Source of the DNA: a virus
DNA: 64,000 bases
Direction: 5' to 3' (one strand)
Virus record (IMG/VR): IMGVR_UViG_3300021373_000005
Part shown: one piece after another, positions 12,301-19,772 of the stretch
Position numbering within the stretch: the stretch's first letter is position 1
Layout of the letters: every line of letters starts with the position of its first letter
The notes under the pieces: generated by a model
The model's database searches: none
What the model was told of the DNA's origin: nothing
The model's input: only the letters and a program-made list of their open reading frames with translations
Position numbers and translations under genes: made by a program

Positions 12301-14449
12301 TTATATGCAGGCTCGTGGTTCTTACCGTGCTCCAGTCTTCTATGATTCAAATGATACTGGATATTATTACGATCCTAACAGTACAAGTAATGCGGCAGGA
12401 AGACAAAGAGGTGGTACATTATACGGACCTAACACATCTTGGGGTAGATATCTCGCAGTTGGTACTAATGGTCGATATAGTAACGAAGCTTCGGTTGCTG
12501 CTACAAATGGTAACTTACACCTTGACGCAAGGTCAGGATTTGGAACATATATTAACTGGTATGTAGGTGGTACTACTTACATTAACGGTACACTGCAAGT
12601 TAACTTTATTTACGATAGAGATAATAATTCATATTACTGGAATGGCGCAAGCACATCTCATATGAATGACCTTCGTGTCAATATTCTATATGATCGTAAT
12701 GATACTGCTTATTACTTTGGTTCAAGCTCAGGTGATGCAAGAGCAAGAACAATGCGTGCTTGGAACTTCTACGCTGATGATTGGTTCCGAAACTATAACT
12801 CAGGTGAAGGTTTGTATAACCAAGCAACAGCGATGCATTGGTATTCAGATTCATCTTCAAGATTTAGATTGTATTCTACATCAAGTACTTCACAAATCTT
12901 ATTTACAACTTCAGGTAATAACGCTCGTGGTTATGCATATGCTGATAACAGTAATAATATCGGTTTCCTCAATGCAGGCGGTGGTTGGGCATTAAGAACA
13001 AACTACGGTACGACTGAAGTATACGGTAATGCATATGCAAATGATATGCGTGCTTATATATTCTATGACCGTGCAAATACAGGTTATTTCTGTGACCCAG
13101 CAGGAAGAAGTAGATTATCAAGTATTGACTACGGTAATGGTTCTTATTACTTCAGAAGTGGTTCTTGGGGATGGAGACATCAGACTCCTTCAGGATATAT
13201 TGAATTTGGACCTGCTAACGGTTCACACGCTCATATCTATACTGATAGGTCTAACTTCTATTATAATGTTAATGATTCATATCTTAACGGTAGAAGAATA
13301 TTACACGAAAATCGTTGGATAAGTAATAAGTACTTCAGTAGTGATGGTACAATTTATGGAACCATCTTTAGAGATGCAAACAACGGTGGTTATTACGGAG
13401 ACTTTGCGTCAACATCAAGATTCAATCAAATGGAAATGATTGGGCGAATGGTTGTTGGTGGTAGATTTGATTATAATGCATATAACTCAACATCATCAAC
13501 AAGATTACATTTCGGTGGTGGTAATAGTGATGCAAATGGTAATTATTACATAGGTACAAACAGAGAGAACTATAACGGTAACTATAATAAACTTGATTTA
13601 AGGTGGCATACAGGTATTCGTATAGGTGCTCAACAAGTTTATGGTGGTGTCAGATTCTATAATAATGAAGACCTAAGTTCACTCAGAGTTCATATTGAAG
13701 CAGGTTCTGGTTATACAAGATTAAATACTTGGACTGAAATCGGCGGTGGCGGTGTAGGTATCTACGATGGATATAACGGCGCGCATTGGTTCCCAAATAA
13801 CCAAACATCTTATGGTTCATGGGCTTCATACGGAAACAGAAGTGGATGGTATGGTACTGCTTATCCTCAAGCAGGATACGATCCACATGACATGTGGGAT
13901 GGTTCAGGTAATGGTGGTTGGTACTTACAAGGTCTAGGACGTTGGGTACTTTATCATAACCGTAGTAGAAACTGTATGGGTGTTGCTTCATCAAGTACTG
14001 TGTCCGGTTATCGTATGAGAGTTAACGGTTCACTTTACTGTAATGGTAACGTGGTTGCTTACTCTGACCGTCGTAATAAAGAAAATATCATCACAATTGA
14101 TAATGCTCTTGATAAAGTATTACAATTGCGTGGTGTTTATTATAACAGAAAACAATCAAAAATTGATGACCGTGACGATCTTTACAAAGGACGTCAATTA
14201 GGTATGATTGCTCAGGAAGTTCAAGAAATTGTTCCTGAGGTTGTATCTTATGCTGAAGAAATTGACCAATACGGACTTGATTATCCGAAGATGGTTGGTT
14301 TACTTGTTGAAGGTATTAAGGACCAACATGCAATTGTAGAGAGTCAAAAAGAAACAATAAATAATATGCAGAAAGATATTGACATGTTGAAAGAAATGGT
14401 ATATAATATGCAATCAATAATGGAGAATAGTAAGAATGGCACTAATTAA
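3359..14449 (+). CDS. Giant (~3,696 aa) long tail fibre/adhesin with C-terminal peptidase S74 intramolecular chaperone
   Basis: ATG 3359 follows GGGGAGAG. Many YYxDPxSTS-type repeats. C-terminus AY|SDRRNKENIITIDNALDKVLQLRGVYY...GMIAQEV...LDYPKMVGLLVEGIK (Ser codon at 14063) followed by a coiled coil is the S74 signature. Confidence 0.85.
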   Translation: MANDKKFIVKNGLLTPENAVIGSNTDTGEKLQVTGDTVLTQGTQGTPTLKVTNSGGASASTIVAQFEGDSDSLQIRNIGTGDYSITNPQQGNSIEFYDGTAGIVIKYAGSNKLAFTSTGTDFTGLSNTTIEGNRILTTADEGAGNGLDADTVDGLQASQFLRSDVDDTAAGNINFSQDIDVAGSAQVDVNLTVDGQAVIKALLDAQANAQVAGNLTVSGDLLVSGNTTTVNTEEILLADNIITLNSNYTGSTPSEDSGIEIERGTLANPKLVWNESQDYWELQVNGSVLGRIITTADEGSGNGFDADTVDGLEAEQFLRSDADDTATGNITIEGDLTIGDDSGPAQIIFDGNGVNRTLYSATGEIGFLNNAANWAARSNANGDWIVERDVSAGRDVIATNDVTATSGDVTAGDSITAQNNITATTGNIAASAGSVTAQTNVTAVTGNVSATAGDVTAGDDVIAQNDVTATTGDVSATAGNVTAGDSMTAQNDITATTGDITASAGDVQATVGNVRAGEDVYGKKFIDVNDGTYIVNPNSSSTMHEIGIDDNLFHNGDTDTRLRFETDNIQLRTGGSDRLDINNSRVQSNLDIYAPNVRINDSLIHNGDTDTKITFATDTVDIDTGGSTRLTANNSGVTIEGDLDVNGDITAVNGTFTGDLAASRFLDADNNNYYADPNSTSVMNRIGIDDYIQHNGDTNTYFGFNANDNIQFFTDATQRVEINGTNFTSTVDGIFPNLYAGRYYDLNNATYYLDPASNSRLNGIALVGTIYHDGDTDTYLNFNGANSFEVVTGNAQRLLVNNTYVLANNQMRSPIYYDNNNTNYYGNFASTSQMSQIDIDSYIRHRGDTNTYLGFDANDSITFVTGGAERVNITDANTTFFQPVIVQGDIQADRFVDRQNTGYYLNPADTSIAATLNGRVLIGNVTDSARWDDNSGNGGISLMPHGSYAGTQNTTVGISGNVSGGYSLMYLNLIDSSSNPTGNGQRYIHFYHDGTDGGSIRGDSSGNLYQVLKSGTNWGFWTSGFSEALIVDDSGNVMVASGTSPTYTDGGDNTALTTTPSTPKLHVGGSIYLNGNNDGIIFGRGTASFLKDEELAFGWGGGWYMQDGTYLRVRNNKTIYSTGDAHLNRYYAYQNTAYYLDPDGDSQLNTVDIDDYIRHRGDTNTLIGFSGNDTLLFQTNGVNRLQINNGAFRSRNNTVQFYSSGIEIQKQSNGGGVGLTVSDQNSGEQPGLSGLQQGSITFWHADGAVTTGSNAAWYFNSSEAITHYVFGTNSGAAGGNLVPVVNNSGSLGNSSYRWGSIYAGTGDFSGNVTGNNAYFYRYYDRNDSTYYADPASTSYQQFMNINVGNENTGGANSSTNGLMMRGNYNSNTWAHKFHKFDHGGGVPIYLSETIGTAAWNPVQRWGTYTGNGFKSQIFGTLKVDTNIHTPILYDSDNSGYYVDPAGSSRMNTITLDGNAVVLREPTGTFGSLAIDGGGRNGWEGFSIGDRMVFMHDNANRVGVYNDVENEWIWYADRNAQMRLMYNGAEQARTENGYFLAPNQMRAPIYYDSNNTGYYVDGNNTSRFNAVQALRYYFNHATTYYADAASGDYGSMEVGGQKNGWAGYSIAGQWVLMSPGVDRVGIYNDTDNKWQQQWYRNAGTLMYYNAVVQAETRSGYFLANNQMRAPIYYDSNDSTYYLNPAAGNTNRALMINGRIYRQGFAGGDGNNNKLLETQDYSHWIWNTATDWGIFWAGNDNPYRSHFSTSNPNEIVFIGNGNLRASIDLDNGNAHFVGTVSAGSFALNGGNENIEIIKSYGSGGADLVLFDGTEYFDKRVIKAMAPNESPLTTTTSEYVRTTDGPFAGSYVLQTSSYRTFYSDYIPVAPGEELYGEISVKRISGSGGLVYYGIERFDSQKRPIAGNTGTTYFVVGGANYTGTSWNTYRNHTTIPTSHTPYNGSDGGGVYYVRIRILMNYNSGGALRQFAGIMLKRRNAESNLLVDDLQVLDDVTIGGDATITGDLTVDDITADVIDARRFRDRDNTGYYIDPKDGSNVVGSWNWNNGSIENLNNLSFNDPGPQEGIRWKGGNEWKIYESPDNLSSNSGGNLQFTSGNGAGTYQMRLNTSGRMDVRGQIRTPIVYDLNDTAWYVDPHSGSRFKDLEIQDTRSSDILTVYRTGSAPGNYTAARTINQYGNHSWGIVHEFRIGDRSSQSVPSGTDRPSILFSTGYNTTTWSVGFGYVDNDFRIKQNHGHINQSWGTERFRINTSGEVFIGNSLWGANAYFNRYYDRNNTGYYADPASTSVFNAMVFNGDVDFNGGANAINITSSDIRSDGNSTWTGNPGAGVGKIQMHSNRWYIVSNGNSNRIVQFRQNGSDRSYIANDGRLIGVGGTASQDFRAPIFYDTNDTSYYANPASDSRFSTLTLRGNRLGFVNTAFDAEIRVTDNNPDGTGATFVFWGDQVEYNAEVATEVFRATRHMRAPVYYDLNNASYYGDFGGTSYMNDVRANIVYDRNNTAYYVHNSSGDARMRNVRTNNIQVENGATITSVNNNGRIYLGGNLHIDAQNGLDIYMNYYSGRRFRSFSPGQYESFRVDTDRITYAFAQFRTPLIYDYNNTGYYLDMNNNSRFNDLMLRGLYVTTRYHSGSDFVNGTLVRTSIPATATNGASFVLEATGKSYSGDPPFMFTAQGYLYANTIINHSGQHIGKAGFSTMRIFENGGVLCFWWPRVSYWNSFSVHVRNANGDDRNLVTSVSNSSLPGYSKGVTTTMRTTAMYNVNIGTGDMYAQRYYDSNNTFYYGDFASSSRMNEVNIYGSLRNQGGTPHYFYTGAGNLRGYIRATDSNDSHFEFATSGGEDFIFRDGGFGGSWNQIIRGNGHVLVASRFDTPIMYDRNNTGYYSDPASTSRFNTMRTNRIYPAYDNAGDMYLDWPSGNYGSIQTNGGGKGGWEGYSINGRYVFMSSNNNECGIYNDIDNEWMTIWRRNGRTEIFHNGTWEEYAQPGYMQARGSYRAPVFYDSNDTGYYYDPNSTSNAAGRQRGGTLYGPNTSWGRYLAVGTNGRYSNEASVAATNGNLHLDARSGFGTYINWYVGGTTYINGTLQVNFIYDRDNNSYYWNGASTSHMNDLRVNILYDRNDTAYYFGSSSGDARARTMRAWNFYADDWFRNYNSGEGLYNQATAMHWYSDSSSRFRLYSTSSTSQILFTTSGNNARGYAYADNSNNIGFLNAGGGWALRTNYGTTEVYGNAYANDMRAYIFYDRANTGYFCDPAGRSRLSSIDYGNGSYYFRSGSWGWRHQTPSGYIEFGPANGSHAHIYTDRSNFYYNVNDSYLNGRRILHENRWISNKYFSSDGTIYGTIFRDANNGGYYGDFASTSRFNQMEMIGRMVVGGRFDYNAYNSTSSTRLHFGGGNSDANGNYYIGTNRENYNGNYNKLDLRWHTGIRIGAQQVYGGVRFYNNEDLSSLRVHIEAGSGYTRLNTWTEIGGGGVGIYDGYNGAHWFPNNQTSYGSWASYGNRSGWYGTAYPQAGYDPHDMWDGSGNGGWYLQGLGRWVLYHNRSRNCMGVASSSTVSGYRMRVNGSLYCNGNVVAYSDRRNKENIITIDNALDKVLQLRGVYYNRKQSKIDDRDDLYKGRQLGMIAQEVQEIVPEVVSYAEEIDQYGLDYPKMVGLLVEGIKDQHAIVESQKETINNMQKDIDMLKEMVYNMQSIMENSKNGTN

Positions 14450-14867
14450 AGATTATGAAATCGCAGGTACAGGAGTTGTAGTGCCTGACGCATATCATGT
14501 TATAACTGACTTAAAGGTACACAAGAGAGTTAATGATATTAAACCTCCAAAAGATGAATCTACTGAGTCAGGATATACAAACGAATGGTGGGAAGAAGGA
14601 ACAGAATTATTCTGGAAAAAAGGATATGTCTGTAGAGTTTTTGTCACTATTTGGAAAGACAAGCAGGCAAGAGAAGATGATGTCAAACCCATAGGTGTAG
14701 CAGGTTTAAATACTACAGATATGGAAGCTGACATTAGGATTGGTACTGAAGGTCTTGATGAAAGATGCGAATTTATGTTAGACATGGATTCAGCGGACAG
14801 TGATTTAGTACAAGCGTATAATCATCTTAAGTCATTAGATTTTTATGCTGGTTGTACTGAAGATTAA
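14436..14867 (+). CDS. Hypothetical protein coupled to the tail fibre gene (possible fibre assembly factor)
   Basis: Overlaps the fibre stop codon; 143 aa, acidic. Function inferred from position only. Confidence 0.6.
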   Translation: MALIKDYEIAGTGVVVPDAYHVITDLKVHKRVNDIKPPKDESTESGYTNEWWEEGTELFWKKGYVCRVFVTIWKDKQAREDDVKPIGVAGLNTTDMEADIRIGTEGLDERCEFMLDMDSADSDLVQAYNHLKSLDFYAGCTED

Positions 14868-14868
14868 T

Positions 14869-14876
14869 TATAAATA
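14869..14876 (+). promoter_or_regulatory. T4-type late promoter TATAAATA
   Basis: Exact T4 gp55 consensus in the intergenic gap upstream of 14916. Confidence 0.7.
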
Positions 14877-14915
14877 GAACTATAACTTAAAGTTATTAAA
14901 TAACGGAGAAATAAA

Positions 14916-15353
14916 ATGGCACTTAGCACAGATTATACATGGACCTGGGAAGTAACTGGTTTGAAAAAACAAGACCAAGTTAACTCTGAAGGTGCAAACT
15001 TAGCTGGAGCAGTTGTTCAAACATATTGGAAATTGACTGGTGTAGACGGTAGTGGTAATGAAGGAGAGTTCGCAGGAGCAACTCCTTTTAACGCAACCAA
15101 TGTACCAGCAGGTTCTTTTGTGGCTTTTGAAGATTTGACAGAAGAAACAGTTTTAGGCTGGATTAAAAATGTAGTTGAAACTGACCAAGGATATGCTGAC
15201 CATATCTCAAGCAGAGTTAAATTACAAATTGACGATGCAACTATTGAAGAAGCTTCTATGCCTTGGGCACCTGAAGAGGAAGTAGTTGACCCAGTCATTG
15301 AAGCTGAAGCACCAGCTGAAGGCGAAAGCGATCCAGAACCAGCAGCTGAATAA
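14916..15353 (+). CDS. Hypothetical tail-associated protein, paralog of 15368-15700
   Basis: GGAG RBS; shares WE...AVV...W..TGVD..GN and F..F.DLTEE.V.GW with the next ORF. Confidence 0.7.
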   Translation: MALSTDYTWTWEVTGLKKQDQVNSEGANLAGAVVQTYWKLTGVDGSGNEGEFAGATPFNATNVPAGSFVAFEDLTEETVLGWIKNVVETDQGYADHISSRVKLQIDDATIEEASMPWAPEEEVVDPVIEAEAPAEGESDPEPAAE

Positions 15354-15367
15354 TCCTGGAGTAATAA

Positions 15368-15700
15368 ATGAATTACTCATGGGAAATAATTAAGCTTCAT
15401 ACAAGAGAGCAGACCAACGCAGATGGTGTTGCGTTGGCTGATGCTGTTGTGAAAATTAAATGGAGAAGAACTGGAGTCGATACAGACGGCAATTCTGCTA
15501 AAGTTGTAGGATATACAATTTTATCAGCAGAAGATATTGCTGAAGGTGACTTTACTTCATTTGCTGATTTAACGGAAGAAAAGGTTGTAGGTTGGTTAAA
15601 CTCAACAATCTCTTCATCTGAAATTGAAGCTTACAACCTAAAGATACAAGAGTCGATAAATAAATTGGTAACGACAGAACGCGCAGTTCCTTGGTCTTAA
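15368..15700 (+). CDS. Hypothetical tail-associated protein, paralog of 14916-15353
   Basis: GGAG RBS; same shared motifs as the previous ORF. Confidence 0.7.
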   Translation: MNYSWEIIKLHTREQTNADGVALADAVVKIKWRRTGVDTDGNSAKVVGYTILSAEDIAEGDFTSFADLTEEKVVGWLNSTISSSEIEAYNLKIQESINKLVTTERAVPWS

Positions 15701-15732
15701 TATAACAATTTGATTTACATTATGGAGTCTAT

Positions 15733-16767
15733 ATGCATGATTTACGTCATCACGGATTAGTGCACTATGCATTAAAACGTGGCGGAAGCATCCACCCAAT
15801 CACACTACCCAAAGAGTTAACTGGCGAAACAGGAATAATGAATCCTTCTATCTTTATACATGATGGAAGGATTCTACTCAATATTCGTCATGTTAATTAT
15901 ACGCTTTATCATTCAGAAGGTAAACGTTTTCCTCATACTTGGGGTCCTCTTCAATATCTACATCCTGAAAACGATATTAGTTTAACGACATATAATATTA
16001 TGACGGAGTTAGATAGCGAACTTAATATTCTAAATGCAGGACGTATTAATACATCAGAACTTGATACCGAACCAACATGGAATTTTATCGGACTTGAAGA
16101 TGGTCGTTTATTCTGTTGGGAAGATCGTCTCTTTCTTTGTGGTGTTCGTCGAGATTGTTATGATGATAAAGGAAAGGGTAGAATGGAACTTCAAGAAATA
16201 GAATTTATTGAAGGAGAATGGAAAGAGGTTGCTCGTTTCCCAATACCAGCTCCAGGTGATGATTCAACTTATTGTGAAAAGAATTGGATGCCAATTATTG
16301 ATATGCCTTGGCATTTTGTGAAATGGTGTAATCCTACTGAGGTTGTTAAATTTGATATTGAAAATGGTACAACAGAAACAATACACCACGAAAGAGAAAG
16401 TTATACTGAAATGGTAAGAGACCTCAGAGGAGGTACTCAAGTATATCCTATTGGTGATGGTAAGAGAATTACATTTACTCATGAAGTCGATTTAACAAGA
16501 GATACATTCTCAAGAAAAGATGGACATTATAATCATAGAATAGTTGTATGGGATGAAGATTGGAATCTTATTCATAAGACTCGCGATTTTCATTTTATGG
16601 GTACGCAGATTGACCCAACAACAGGATATGAATATAATATTGAGTTTGCGACAGGAATGACATTCTTGGATGGTAACATTATTATTGCTTTTGGATATCA
16701 AGACAACGGAACGTTTTTATTAAAAATGCCTGAAGATGTATTTTTTGACTTTGTGAGTAGGGGATAG
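15733..16767 (+). CDS. Putative beta-propeller glycosidase/phosphorylase (GH130-like)
   Basis: Motifs NPSI, GLEDGRLF, EKNWMP, LRGGT and IEFATG resemble five-bladed propeller GH130-like proteins. Confidence 0.55.
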   Translation: MHDLRHHGLVHYALKRGGSIHPITLPKELTGETGIMNPSIFIHDGRILLNIRHVNYTLYHSEGKRFPHTWGPLQYLHPENDISLTTYNIMTELDSELNILNAGRINTSELDTEPTWNFIGLEDGRLFCWEDRLFLCGVRRDCYDDKGKGRMELQEIEFIEGEWKEVARFPIPAPGDDSTYCEKNWMPIIDMPWHFVKWCNPTEVVKFDIENGTTETIHHERESYTEMVRDLRGGTQVYPIGDGKRITFTHEVDLTRDTFSRKDGHYNHRIVVWDEDWNLIHKTRDFHFMGTQIDPTTGYEYNIEFATGMTFLDGNIIIAFGYQDNGTFLLKMPEDVFFDFVSRG

Positions 16768-16770
16768 ATT

Positions 16771-17994
16771 ATGTTACAACAATTATTAGAAGATCATATA
16801 TTAGACGGAAAGAATCCTCATAAGTGCTATCTTTTAGCAAAAGAATATGACAGGTTAGAGCAAGGAGCTATGGCGGTATCCTTATACTTAAAGGCTGCTG
16901 ATTTGGCTTCATCTGAATTTGTTGATGATAAAGAACTTCAATACAAATGTATGATAGGTATTGGTCGATGTTACGAAAGAAAAAAGGATAGAGGATTTAC
17001 AGTAGAAGGTGCATTCCTTGATGCAGTTGCATTATTACCTACAAGACCTGAAGCTCATTATCATTTATGTAAACATTACGAAGGTAAATCTTTATGGAAA
17101 CATTGTTTAAGTCATGCAGAAATTGCACTCGATGATCCTCACATTGAAGAGAATTGCGAACTGGGTTTTCCTGGATACGAAAACTTATTATATTATCAAG
17201 CGTTAGCAAACTGGTATATTTCAGGGCAACAAAATGCCAAGCAATTATTCTTCAGTTTAAAATACAGACATAAATTGAAACCATCTTTGAGTGAAAGAGT
17301 TGAAAGGATTGTAAATAATATTTGGTATCCTGATGTTATTCCATACACCACAGAAGACTTTGAAAGAATTAAGTTCATATTTCCAAATTTAGAAAGAATT
17401 ATTAGAAATCACTCAAAACATTTTCAAGATATATTTGTTCTATCTGCCTTTCAAGGTAAAAGAAACGGTTCTTATTTAGAAATTGGTTCAGGCGATCCTT
17501 TTGTTCATAATAATACTGCATTACTTGAAACTGAATTTAATTGGAAAGGTATTTCTATTGACAATTCTGAAGCTTTATGTTATAAGTTTAAAGAGATGAG
17601 AAATAATACTGTCATATGTTCAGATGCAACCGCCATTCCTTTTGAAAATATGTTAAATGCTCATTGCATGGATCCTATCATTGATTATTTACAAGTGGAT
17701 TGTGATGAAGTGTCAATTGATATATTACAGAAAATACCATTTAATAGATTTAAGTTTGGAGTTATAACCTTTGAGCACGATTCATATCGTTTAGGTAATG
17801 AAAGAAGAGATACAGCAAGAAAATTATTAAAAGAACAAGGATATGAATTAGTAGTTCCTAATGTTGCTTTTGCTCCAGGACATCCTTATGAAGATTGGTA
17901 TATACACCCCGATGTTGTAGATTTTCCTAAAGAAATGAGAACAGAAAAAGATGTTAATTTTATATGGGATTATTTTATGGAGCCATTAGAATGA
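16771..17994 (+). CDS. TPR-like N-terminus fused to FkbM-family methyltransferase
   Basis: Helical N-half (RPEAHYHLCKHY). C-half has HSKHFQDIFV, YLEIGSGDP, NNTALLE, IDYLQVDCD, VITFEHD and EDWY. Confidence 0.7.
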   Translation: MLQQLLEDHILDGKNPHKCYLLAKEYDRLEQGAMAVSLYLKAADLASSEFVDDKELQYKCMIGIGRCYERKKDRGFTVEGAFLDAVALLPTRPEAHYHLCKHYEGKSLWKHCLSHAEIALDDPHIEENCELGFPGYENLLYYQALANWYISGQQNAKQLFFSLKYRHKLKPSLSERVERIVNNIWYPDVIPYTTEDFERIKFIFPNLERIIRNHSKHFQDIFVLSAFQGKRNGSYLEIGSGDPFVHNNTALLETEFNWKGISIDNSEALCYKFKEMRNNTVICSDATAIPFENMLNAHCMDPIIDYLQVDCDEVSIDILQKIPFNRFKFGVITFEHDSYRLGNERRDTARKLLKEQGYELVVPNVAFAPGHPYEDWYIHPDVVDFPKEMRTEKDVNFIWDYFMEPLE

Positions 17995-18743
17995 TAACTG
18001 TAGTTGCCACTGGTGGATTTGACCCAATACATTCAGGACACATTGAATATTTAAAGGAAGCAAGTTTATGTGGCACTCAATTAGTTGTAGGTGTTAATTC
18101 TGATGCTTGGTTAAAAAGAAAGAAAGGTAGATACTTTATGCCTTTTGAAGAACGAGCAGCAATTGTTAAAGCACTAAGTTGTGTTGATGAAGTCTTATCA
18201 TTTGACGATAAAGATGGAAGCGCCATACACTGTCTAGAACAAGTTAAACTATTATACCCTAATGATACCATTGTATTTGTAAATGGTGGTGATAGAACAT
18301 CAGACAACATACCTGAGATGGCAGTTGAAGGAATTGAATTTCAATTTGGGATTGGTGGAGAAAATAAAAAGAATTCCTCAAGTTGGATATTAAAAGAATG
18401 GTCACAACCTACAGTTAACCGACAATGGGGATCTTATACTGTATTACATACAAACGGTAAATGGCAAGTAAAAGAATTATCTTTTGACCCAGGCAATTCT
18501 TTAAGTGACCAAAGACATGAACATAGGTCAGAACATTGGCACGTGGTTGATGGTGCTATACTTATGGAATTAGATTACGGTATGAGAAAGAAAGAATCTC
18601 GAGTATACTGGGCAGGACAAAGTATTGATATTCCAAAAGGTGTTTGGCACAAAGCAACAAACGTAGGAACAGAACCTGCTAAAGTAATCGAAGTATGGCT
18701 TGGAGATATTTTATCAGAAGACGACATCGAACGCAGAGACTAA
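17991..18743 (+). CDS. Cytidylyltransferase fused to cupin (mannose-6-phosphate isomerase type II-like) domain
   Basis: GGFDPIHSGH (HxGH) and NGGDR; C-terminal LSDQRHEHRSEHWHVV...IPKGVWH. ATG 17991 overlaps the upstream stop and follows GGAG. Confidence 0.85.
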   Translation: MITVVATGGFDPIHSGHIEYLKEASLCGTQLVVGVNSDAWLKRKKGRYFMPFEERAAIVKALSCVDEVLSFDDKDGSAIHCLEQVKLLYPNDTIVFVNGGDRTSDNIPEMAVEGIEFQFGIGGENKKNSSSWILKEWSQPTVNRQWGSYTVLHTNGKWQVKELSFDPGNSLSDQRHEHRSEHWHVVDGAILMELDYGMRKKESRVYWAGQSIDIPKGVWHKATNVGTEPAKVIEVWLGDILSEDDIERRD

Positions 18744-18745
18744 TG

Positions 18746-18753
18746 TATAAATA
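18746..18753 (+). promoter_or_regulatory. T4-type late promoter TATAAATA
   Basis: Exact consensus upstream of the 18796 paralog array. Confidence 0.7.
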
Positions 18754-18795
18754 AAACTATAATTTAGAATAACTGCTAATAGTCCGGAGACGAAG

Positions 18796-19758
18796 ATGGC
18801 AATCAAAGTAGGCGGTGTATCCGTCATCAATAACAGTTTTGGTCTTGAAAATTTAGAAGGTGCAGATGGTACCTATAATAATTGGCATCCAGACGAAACC
18901 GTATTAACCTCAGCATCAACTTTAAACATCAATTTATTATTACCACACCAAAAGCTTGTGATGGCAAGTAATGTTGCTTTTACTGCTACAAATAAATCAT
19001 TTGGTCGTAATTGTGTTTTAATCTTAGATACTTCAGCAACACCTTACACTCCATCTTTTGATTCTCTTGTAGAATTTCCTGGAGGAGAACCTACATGGAC
19101 CGATCACAGATATTGGAACATTTCCTTTATGTGTTGGAATTCTTCTAATGTAAGAGCAACTGCTCTAGGCTTTGATGCACCAGGAGCAGCATCAGGTTTA
19201 CCTAGCACATTTTCAGAGCACCCATCCTTTACACCAAGAGAAGATGTATGGTCTAGTACTAGTGCTGAATGTTGGGTATCAGTATCTTTTGAACACGAGT
19301 CATCAAATAATAGAATTAAAGTTGGATGGTGGAATGGGAATTCAACCGCTGCAAGTGCTACAGATTATACTTACGTTACTTACACTGGTTTAACTAACAT
19401 TACTTCAGTTCAATATCAATATAATGTAGATTCTCAGTCTACTACCGGTAAAACAACAGGCTATTCCCAAGGGCCAACTCCAGTTGGAGATGGTTTTAAC
19501 CCTGCTACATATTACCCAGCGAATGGTAATGGATCATTTACAAGATTTTGGTGGTATGCAATTGCTGATAATATTAATTCGACAACAACTACGGCCGCAA
19601 ACCTTTCATCTGGGTCAGATCCAGATTTCAGAATAAAAATTGTATGCGACCAAGGAACTCTTTATTCAACTTGTGACATTGACCTTTCTGGTGCAGAAGG
19701 TCCAGGAGTTTTGGGCATTTTCTGTAGAGCACAATACGGAACACAGAAGAGTATATAA
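18796..19758 (+). CDS. Putative virion appendage protein, MAIK paralog 1
   Basis: N-terminal ~125 aa shared with 19773 and 21279; Ser/Thr/Gly-rich; follows a late promoter. Confidence 0.6.
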   Translation: MAIKVGGVSVINNSFGLENLEGADGTYNNWHPDETVLTSASTLNINLLLPHQKLVMASNVAFTATNKSFGRNCVLILDTSATPYTPSFDSLVEFPGGEPTWTDHRYWNISFMCWNSSNVRATALGFDAPGAASGLPSTFSEHPSFTPREDVWSSTSAECWVSVSFEHESSNNRIKVGWWNGNSTAASATDYTYVTYTGLTNITSVQYQYNVDSQSTTGKTTGYSQGPTPVGDGFNPATYYPANGNGSFTRFWWYAIADNINSTTTTAANLSSGSDPDFRIKIVCDQGTLYSTCDIDLSGAEGPGVLGIFCRAQYGTQKSI

Positions 19759-19772
19759 AGGAGTTATAATCA

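Noticed and set aside
3359-14449. Diversity-generating retroelement targeting the tail fibre
   Set aside because: No reverse transcriptase in the window. The internal repeats differ at all base types rather than only at adenines, and no near-identical TR/VR pair was seen.
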